From positions 9,750 through 41,749 of the forward strand of contig CAYNTS010000003.1 of the NCBI GenBank assembly GCA_964400495.1: 32,000 nucleotides of DNA, written 5' to 3'. The notes under the pieces were generated by a model. The model saw nothing but the letters and a program-made list of their open reading frames with translations. It was not told the origin of the DNA and did not search any database. Shown in pieces: positions 25,974 to 32,000 of this stretch (position 1 is the first letter of the stretch; each line of letters begins with the position of its first letter). The position numbers were made by a program, and so were the translations under genes. This stretch comes from an uncultured bacterium. Lineage in GTDB: Bacteria > Fidelibacterota > Marinisomatia > SCGC-AAA003-L08 > D37C17.

Positions 25974-27968
25974 TTAGTATTGCATCACCTCATCAATTGC
26001 ATTGCTTATCCAATGGGTTTGAACAAGTATTGCATCTTCATAATTAGGGGAGTATGCAATAGGTAAGTCCTTTGAAGCGACACGTTTTATTGGTGCATCA
26101 AGAAGTTCAAAACCATTTTCCATAATTTTTGATGCAATTTCAGCACCAAAACCACTTGTAATATTGTCTTCGTGAGCAATTATTAATCTATTTGTTTTAG
26201 ATAATGATTCTAAAATTGTATTCATATCCAATGGGTTTAATGTACGTAAATCGATAATTTCTACTGAAAATTGGCTATTCCTTGATGCTTCAATAGATTT
26301 TTGAACCAATGCACCCCATGTTACAATTGTAATGTCATTTCCTTCTTTTACAATATTTGCTTTGCCAAAATCCATTATGTAGTTTTCATCTGGTTCAGGT
26401 GATGACGCATATCCTTGACGATACAAACCTTTGTGCTCAAGAAAGAGTACAGGGTCGTCCATTCTACAAGCCATTTTCAATAGTCCTTTTGCATCAGATG
26501 CGTTTGATGGGTATGCAATATAAATTCCAGGCAGGTGTGTGAAAAAACCATCAATACTTTGACTATGACACAGTCCTCCGTGAATATATCCACCCACGGG
26601 TACTCGAATAACCACAGGGCATGTCCAATTCCCATTTGAACGATATCTAAGTGTAGCTAATTCATTTCTGATTTGCATCATAGAAGTCCATATATAATCC
26701 CCAAACTGAATTTCTACGACAGGTTTATATCCCAATGTTGCCATTCCAATTGCAGTTCCGATGATTGATGACTCAGCCAAAGGTGAGTTAAAAACACGCT
26801 CTTTCCCGTATTTTTTTGTAAGTCCACGCGTTGCAGTAAATACACCACCTTTACCGGCCGCAACATCTTCGCCATAAATCACCATTTTATCATTCTGTGC
26901 CAACTCTTCATCAAGTGCGTGATTTATTGCATCAACAAGTACAACTTTTTCACCATTTTTAATGTTTCTTTTATTTGGTTTAACAGATTTATTTGAAAAC
27001 AAATGTGTGTGTAATTTTTCAATATCTGGAATATCCATCTGCTCAACACTGTCAGTTTCATTATTAATTTGGGTTAAAACATTTTCTCGTAGTAATTCAA
27101 ATTCTTTTGGTTTTGCAATACCAGAATTAACACATTTATTTTCAAAGATAGTCATCGGATCTTTACTCTGTTCTGATATCAATTCGAGTTCATCACGATA
27201 TTTTCGATGGTCATCGGATGAAGAGTGTGGGAATAAACGCACTACATTTGAAATGATTATACTTGGACCTTTTCCTTTTCTAGCTCGATCAACTGCTTTT
27301 TCAAATGCAAGTTTAGTTTCAAAATAATCAGTACCATCAACAGAATATCGTGCTAAAGATTCATATCCTGCTGCAATTTTATAAACTGACCCTCCAGCAG
27401 TCTGTTCAGCAATTGGAACAGATATTGCATATCCATTATTTTCAATATGAAAAATAACAGGTGCCTTTTCTCTGCTTGCCCAATTTAATGCTTCATGGAA
27501 ATCACCTTGGCTAGTAGTTCCTTCTCCTGATGATACATAAACAACCGCTTTTTCACCATCTCGTTTTAACGCAAACCCAGTACCAACAGATTGTAAATAT
27601 TGAGTTCCTGTTGAACTTGATTGAGCAATAATATTAAGGTCTTTGTGTCCATAATGTTGAGGCATTTGCCGACCACCCGAGCTTGGGTCATCTTTTCGCG
27701 CTAAGAATGTCATTAAAATTTCTTTTGAAGTTACACCAAGCCCCAAGCAAAATGCTTGGTCTCTGTAATATGGATAGGCATAATCAAAACCAGATTTAAA
27801 GCATTGAGAGGCGGCAAGTTGTGCTGCTTCATGACCTGCTGCTGCAATATGGAAATACCCTTTACCTTGTTTGAGTAATATTAATTGTTTCTCATCAAGT
27901 CGTCGAGATAGTGCCATTAACTCATAAATTTTCAAAATTTCTTTTTTTGAATATCCGTTAAATTTCAA
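25974..27968 (-). CDS. 2-oxo acid dehydrogenase E1 component, fused alpha and beta subunits (ThDP-dependent)
   Basis: The N-terminal half carries the E1-alpha ThDP motif (SSGEGTTSQGDFHEALNWA ... ENNGYAIS). The C-terminal half starts with the E1-beta signature VVLVDAINHALDEELAQNDKMVIYGEDV. Single 664-aa ORF. Confidence 0.92.
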   Translation of the reverse strand: MKFNGYSKKEILKIYELMALSRRLDEKQLILLKQGKGYFHIAAAGHEAAQLAASQCFKSGFDYAYPYYRDQAFCLGLGVTSKEILMTFLARKDDPSSGGRQMPQHYGHKDLNIIAQSSSTGTQYLQSVGTGFALKRDGEKAVVYVSSGEGTTSQGDFHEALNWASREKAPVIFHIENNGYAISVPIAEQTAGGSVYKIAAGYESLARYSVDGTDYFETKLAFEKAVDRARKGKGPSIIISNVVRLFPHSSSDDHRKYRDELELISEQSKDPMTIFENKCVNSGIAKPKEFELLRENVLTQINNETDSVEQMDIPDIEKLHTHLFSNKSVKPNKRNIKNGEKVVLVDAINHALDEELAQNDKMVIYGEDVAAGKGGVFTATRGLTKKYGKERVFNSPLAESSIIGTAIGMATLGYKPVVEIQFGDYIWTSMMQIRNELATLRYRSNGNWTCPVVIRVPVGGYIHGGLCHSQSIDGFFTHLPGIYIAYPSNASDAKGLLKMACRMDDPVLFLEHKGLYRQGYASSPEPDENYIMDFGKANIVKEGNDITIVTWGALVQKSIEASRNSQFSVEIIDLRTLNPLDMNTILESLSKTNRLIIAHEDNITSGFGAEIASKIMENGFELLDAPIKRVASKDLPIAYSPNYEDAILVQTHWISNAIDEVMQY

Positions 27969-28696
27969 ATTCTCTCCTTCATTAAATACAAATGCAAATA
28001 ATTTCCAACAGTTTGAGCTAAATCAAGCAATTTAAATTCTTTTTTTGTTAAATCAAAAATGGACGTAACACCGTGCTCGAAAATTCCACACGGAATCATC
28101 CCTTCAAAATAATGCATATTTGGTTTGTTATTAAGAGCAAAACCATGCATTGTAACCCATTTTGCTAATCGCACTCCCATTGCACAAATTTTCTCATCTT
28201 CAACCCAAACACCTGTTAAATTATCATTTGTATTTGAGATAATATTGTATTCTAGAAGTGTGTTAATTATACTTTGTTCAAGGGTACGCATATACCAAGA
28301 GACACTCATTTTATAATTATGCAAATCAATGATGGGATATCCCACTAATTGCCCTGGACCATGATATGTGATATCACCACCACGATCAATTTGAATTACG
28401 TTTGCATCTGATGGGTAGGTGGGTAGTAAATGATTTTGGTTAGCATTTTTCCCAAATGTGTAAACATGCTCATGTTCAACAAAAAGTACGACATCATGTA
28501 TTTCATTATCTATTCGTTTCTGATGAATAACTTTTTGTAATTCCCAAATTGGTTCATATTTTTGATGACCAAGAAAAAAATAATTAATTTCATCATTGCA
28601 GTTTTCTGTTAAATATGATAAAACGTCATTCAGATTATTTTTGATAAGAGTATTAAAATTGTGAATACGAATAGTATTGGCTGTATCTACAGTCAT
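27965..28696 (-). CDS. lipB: Octanoyl-[ACP]:protein N-octanoyltransferase
   Basis: RGGDITYHGPGQLVGYPI signature, conserved-lysine segment KICAMGVR, and the PCG active-site cysteine context (MIPCGI). 243 aa. It overlaps E1 by 4 nt and shares a base with the lpdA stop. Confidence 0.9.
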   Translation of the reverse strand: MTVDTANTIRIHNFNTLIKNNLNDVLSYLTENCNDEINYFFLGHQKYEPIWELQKVIHQKRIDNEIHDVVLFVEHEHVYTFGKNANQNHLLPTYPSDANVIQIDRGGDITYHGPGQLVGYPIIDLHNYKMSVSWYMRTLEQSIINTLLEYNIISNTNDNLTGVWVEDEKICAMGVRLAKWVTMHGFALNNKPNMHYFEGMIPCGIFEHGVTSIFDLTKKEFKLLDLAQTVGNYLHLYLMKERI

Positions 28697-30075
28697 TAAA
28701 TATGAATTGCCTCATCTAATGCGTCTGCTGTAGCTTCCAAAATTGCCTCTGATAATGTTGGGTGTGGGTGAATACAATGTAAAACATCCAAATGAGTTGT
28801 TTCTAATGTACGTGCAATAACAGCTTCTGAAATAAGATTGGTAGCTTCAGAACCAATAATATGACAGCCCAACATTTCACCGTACTTAGCTTCATAAATT
28901 ATTTTTGTAAATCCATCCGTTTTGGCTGTAGCCAACGATTTACCCAAAGCTCGGAAAGGGAATTTACCAATTTTAATTTCAAACCCCTGGTCAATTGCTT
29001 GTTTTTCTGTTAATCCAACAGAAGCAACTTCAGGAGTGCAATATGTGCATACTGGAATATTGTCATATTTCATTGCTTGTGGTTCTAATCCGCATATATT
29101 TTCGACTGCAACAATACCCTCAGCCGAGGCAACATGAGCAAGCCAAGGAGGTCCGGCAACATCACCTATTGCATAAATATTATCTGTAGTAGTTTTCATA
29201 TAACCATCAGTTTTAATCCAACCATTTTCTATTTTTATGTTACAATCTTCTAATCCAATATCCTCAATATTTCCTTGAACTCCTACAGCAATCATTGCTT
29301 TCTCAGCTTTGACTATTTCTCCATCTTTTGTTTCAATTTTTACACCACTCTTATCTTTTGAAATATTTTTTACTAATGTATTTAAACGAATATCTATTTT
29401 TTTCTTTTTCATGATTGATGCAAGTTCTTTTGAAATATCTTCATCTTCAACTGGCAAAATTTGAGGTAAGGATTCAATGATTATAACATGAGTTCCGTAA
29501 GAATTGAAAAAATGTGCAAACTCTACTCCAATTGCACCCGCACCAATTATAATAATACTTTTTGGTTGCTCATCTAATACCATTGCTTCTTTAGATGTTA
29601 TAATATGATTACCATCTGGTTCCATACCTGGAAAATATTTACTCCTAGCACCCGTTGCAATAATTATATATTTTGAAGTAATTTGATTGGTTTTACCATT
29701 TTTATCTTCAGTTTCGACGGTATTTTTGTTAAGTAACTTTCCTTTTGCAGGGATATAGTCGATGTTGTTTTTTTTGAGAAGATACTCAATTCCTTTATTT
29801 AATCGCTTAGAGACATTTCGTGATCGTTTGATACCTTTTTTCCAATCAACTGAGTATTCTGGAATTGTTACGCCAAACTTTTTGGCTTCTTTTATATTCT
29901 CTAAAATATGTGCATTCTGTAGCAGTGCCTTTGTTGGGATACATCCCCAGTTTAAGCAAACACCACCTAAATGAGTGGATTCAACAATGGCTACTTTTTT
30001 TCCTAATTGACTTGCTCTAATACCTGCAACATATCCACCAGGTCCACCACCAATAATGATAATATCGTAATTCAT
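28696..30075 (-). CDS. lpdA: Dihydrolipoyl dehydrogenase (E3)
   Basis: GGGPGGY FAD-binding motif. Redox disulfide GGVCLNWGCIPTK. Second dinucleotide fold IIGAGAIGVE. C-terminal HPHPTLSE His-Glu dyad. 459 aa. Confidence 0.96.
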   Translation of the reverse strand: MNYDIIIIGGGPGGYVAGIRASQLGKKVAIVESTHLGGVCLNWGCIPTKALLQNAHILENIKEAKKFGVTIPEYSVDWKKGIKRSRNVSKRLNKGIEYLLKKNNIDYIPAKGKLLNKNTVETEDKNGKTNQITSKYIIIATGARSKYFPGMEPDGNHIITSKEAMVLDEQPKSIIIIGAGAIGVEFAHFFNSYGTHVIIIESLPQILPVEDEDISKELASIMKKKKIDIRLNTLVKNISKDKSGVKIETKDGEIVKAEKAMIAVGVQGNIEDIGLEDCNIKIENGWIKTDGYMKTTTDNIYAIGDVAGPPWLAHVASAEGIVAVENICGLEPQAMKYDNIPVCTYCTPEVASVGLTEKQAIDQGFEIKIGKFPFRALGKSLATAKTDGFTKIIYEAKYGEMLGCHIIGSEATNLISEAVIARTLETTHLDVLHCIHPHPTLSEAILEATADALDEAIHI

Positions 30076-30083
30076 AACTTCTC

Positions 30084-30659
30084 TTAATTTTTTTTCATTG
30101 CAATGATTTTAAGAAATTCATCTCGTGTTCGAGCATCTTTTTTAAAACCACCTAACATGCACGAGGTTACAGCAAAAGAATTTTTCTTTTCAACACCACG
30201 CATTTGCATACACATGTGTTGACCTTCTACTACAGCTGCAACTCCTCTTGGTTTTAACACATTGTCAATTGTTTTTGCAATTTCTTGTGTCATCCGTTCT
30301 TGAACTTGCAATCGTCTACTAAACATTTCAACAATACGTGGTAGTTTAGATAAACCTAATATTTTGCCATTTGGAATGTAGGCAATATGGGTTCTTCCAA
30401 AAAAGGGGAGTAGATGATGTTCGCACATACTGAAAAAATCAATATCAATTATCGTTACCATTTCATCATAATGTTCAGTAAAAATAGCATCATTTATAAT
30501 TTCATCTAACTTTTGACTATATCCTTTTGCAAAAAACTCCCACGCTTTGGAAACTCGATGTGGAGTTTTCACTAGACCCTCACGGTCTGGATTTTCACCA
30601 ATTTCTGTTAATAATTTCTCAATTAAATTTTCAATATTTAGTTTATTTACTTCAGTCAT
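30084..30659 (-). CDS. folE: GTP cyclohydrolase I
   Basis: Zinc/active-site motifs [10 protein letters not shown] and [12 protein letters not shown]. 191 aa. AAAGGG SD upstream. Confidence 0.95.
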   Translation of the reverse strand: MTEVNKLNIENLIEKLLTEIGENPDREGLVKTPHRVSKAWEFFAKGYSQKLDEIINDAIFTEHYDEMVTIIDIDFFSMCEHHLLPFFGRTHIAYIPNGKILGLSKLPRIVEMFSRRLQVQERMTQEIAKTIDNVLKPRGVAAVVEGQHMCMQMRGVEKKNSFAVTSCMLGGFKKDARTRDEFLKIIAMKKN

Positions 30660-30685
30660 AATACCCTTTAAACTTTAGACAATAA

Positions 30686-30719
30686 AGCCAATGAAGTTTG
30701 CATAGTGCAACTATTGGCT
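30686..30719 (-). promoter_or_regulatory. Nested palindrome / leader hairpin upstream of folE
   Basis: AGCCAAT gaagt TTGCA tag TGCAA ct ATTGGCT: a 7-bp outer and a 5-bp inner inverted repeat. It lies 27-60 nt upstream of the folE ATG. On the minus strand the hairpin is followed by TTTATTG. It could act as an operator or as an RNA leader. Confidence 0.3.
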
Positions 30720-30849
30720 GAGTATTTAAATTACATAGATTTATAATGGTTGAGCAAAGAAATGAATACAATATTATAAATTAAATTTATCTTTGAGCAT
30801 TTTAAAAGAAAAGTCTATTTTACGACAAGTTTAAAACTAAAGGAGTCCA

Positions 30850-32000
30850 ATGTTTGCCAAAATTTTATCCAGCGCAGTTTTAGGAATAGACGCATACACA
30901 GTAAAAGTAGAAGCACATCTAGAAAATAGTTCTCCAACAAAATTTTTCACCGTAGGCTTACCAGAAGGTGCAGTAAAAGAAAGTAAAGAACGGGTTTTAG
31001 CTGCAATGAAAAATTCTGGCTTTCGTATTCCACAAAAAAGAATTACAATTAATCTTGCTCCAGCAGATATTCGCAAGGAAGGATCTGGTTTCGACTTACC
31101 AATAGCAATTGGAATTTTATCAGCACTCGGATATGTTGATGCGAAATTTCTTTCAAAAGTGTTATTAGTTGGAGAATTAAGTTTAGACGGACAATTACGA
31201 CCTGTTAAAGGTGTGCTTCCAATGTGTATTTCGGCACGCAAGAACGGATTTAAACGAATTATTCTTCCCAAACAAAATGCGAAGGAGGCATCTTACATTC
31301 CTGGAGTTCGTTCGGCTGGACTTAACACACTAAAAGAAGTCGTGGATGTGTTAAATGGTGACATTGATATAGAACCTTCGCAACCAATTGATATTAATAG
31401 AAATTCCCATAGAAACTACAGTGTAGATTTCGCAGATGTAAAAGGTCAAGAAAATGTTAAGAGAGCATTGGAGGTTGCAGCTGCTGGTGCACACAATATT
31501 TTATTTATAGGTCCACCCGGAAGTGGTAAAACCATGCTTGCAAAACGTTTACCAACAATTCTACCAAATATGACATTGGATGAAGCTTTAGAAACAACTA
31601 AAATACATTCAGTTGCAGGCATGAATACATCAAAATTCGGTATTATTCATAATCGCCCATTTCGTTCACCTCATCATACTATTAGCGATGTTGGGTTAAT
31701 AGGCGGTGGAACTGTACCTAAACCGGGTGAAGTAAGTCTATCTCACAATGGTGTATTATTTTTAGATGAATTTCCAGAATTTAAGAAAAATGTTTTAGAA
31801 GTTATGCGTCAACCACTTGAAAATGGAGAAGTTACAATTTCTCGTGCAAGATTATCACTCACATATCCAGCAAGTTTTATGTTAGTCGCTGCAATGAACC
31901 CTTGCCCGTGTGGGTTTTATACCGACCCTAATAATGAGTGTACGTGTAATTCAATGCAAGTGCAAAAATATTTATCTCGAATTTCAGGCCCCTTATTAGA
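30850..32000 (+). CDS. comM: YifB/ComM family Mg-chelatase-like AAA+ ATPase (3' end outside window)
   Basis: Not in the ORF track because no stop is reached. AAGGAG at 30840-30845, then ATG at 30850. [24 protein letters not shown]... is the Lon-like ChlI N-domain typical of ComM. Walker A GPPGSGKT and Walker B VLFLDE are present, as is the NPCPCG zinc-ribbon-like motif. The frame is open to the window end. Confidence 0.93.
   Translation, partial: MFAKILSSAVLGIDAYTVKVEAHLENSSPTKFFTVGLPEGAVKESKERVLAAMKNSGFRIPQKRITINLAPADIRKEGSGFDLPIAIGILSALGYVDAKFLSKVLLVGELSLDGQLRPVKGVLPMCISARKNGFKRIILPKQNAKEASYIPGVRSAGLNTLKEVVDVLNGDIDIEPSQPIDINRNSHRNYSVDFADVKGQENVKRALEVAAAGAHNILFIGPPGSGKTMLAKRLPTILPNMTLDEALETTKIHSVAGMNTSKFGIIHNRPFRSPHHTISDVGLIGGGTVPKPGEVSLSHNGVLFLDEFPEFKKNVLEVMRQPLENGEVTISRARLSLTYPASFMLVAAMNPCPCGFYTDPNNECTCNSMQVQKYLSRISGPLL

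Noticed and set aside
30761-30790. AT-rich segment AATGAATACAATATTATAAATTAAAT as a possible dif (XerCD) site or origin element
   Set aside because: It does not align to the 11-6-11 dif architecture without indels. The region is better explained as the divergent folE/comM promoter region, and no DnaA-box clusters or dnaA/dnaN genes are nearby.
30837-31271. 144-aa minus-strand ORF in the track
   Set aside because: It lies fully antisense to the 5' part of the comM/yifB gene, which has a strong SD, ATG, Walker A/B motifs and family-typical sequence. The minus-strand product is low-complexity with no recognisable motif. It is a shadow ORF.
1-32000. Alternative genetic code (TGA recoding), as seen in some low-GC candidate phyla
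   Set aside because: All homology-supported genes close at the expected length with the standard code. TGA is used as a genuine stop (5831-5833 and 18926-18928) and Trp is encoded by TGG. No in-frame TGA interrupts a conserved domain.
1-32000. CRISPR arrays, tandem repeats, IS elements or toxin-antitoxin/defence cassettes
   Set aside because: Reading the five non-coding gaps and the gene list, I found no spaced repeats, terminal inverted repeats, transposase or nuclease/defence-type genes. The only repeat noted is the 8-mer TTGCCTGT duplicated at 18999-19015. A computational self-dot-plot would be needed to exclude dispersed short repeats inside coding regions.

Overview
AT-rich, very densely packed bacterial chromosomal segment, about 98% coding by coordinates, using the standard genetic code (TAA, TAG and TGA all serve as stops; Trp is TGG). 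I support 28 protein genes, one candidate 44-aa small ORF, and one tRNA. I found no rRNA, CRISPR array, transposase, prophage or recognisable defence system.

Layout:
- (i) 1-8186 (+): envelope and MoxR block. It holds a tamB 3' part, a TamA-sized Omp85, a BamD-like TPR lipoprotein, MoxR, DUF58, a BatD/DUF4381-like membrane protein and GlpD.
- (ii) 8241-18928 (+): a 10.7-kb gene train with no spacer longer than 21 nt. Order: efp, accB, accC, gcvH, gcvPA, a GGGP-synthase/PcrB homolog, xerD, an M50 protease, the small ORF, a fused formimidoyltransferase-cyclodeaminase, mutL and DUF502.
- (iii) 30659-19048 (-): an apparent 8-gene operon, folE, lpdA, lipB, fused E1 alpha/beta, a CDF transporter, E2, lipA and an orphan alpha/alpha-toroid protein. 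It is followed by lon and tRNA-Val(UAC).
- (iv) 30850-32000 (+): 5' part of comM/yifB.

Clear Shine-Dalgarno sequences are present. Together with the gene content (Bat-like module, fused E1, bacterial GGGPS), this suggests a low-GC uncultivated lineage, possibly in or near the FCB superphylum. That placement is inference only.

There is no unambiguous novel system. The best candidates for follow-up are:
- the lipoate-centred operon, with its embedded CDF transporter and a terminal uncharacterised toroid-repeat protein coupled to lipA;
- the operon-embedded archaeal-type GGGP synthase homolog;
- a GC-rich structured spacer between tRNA-Val and its terminator;
- a sigma54-like palindrome upstream of lon;
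- a nested palindrome in the folE leader.
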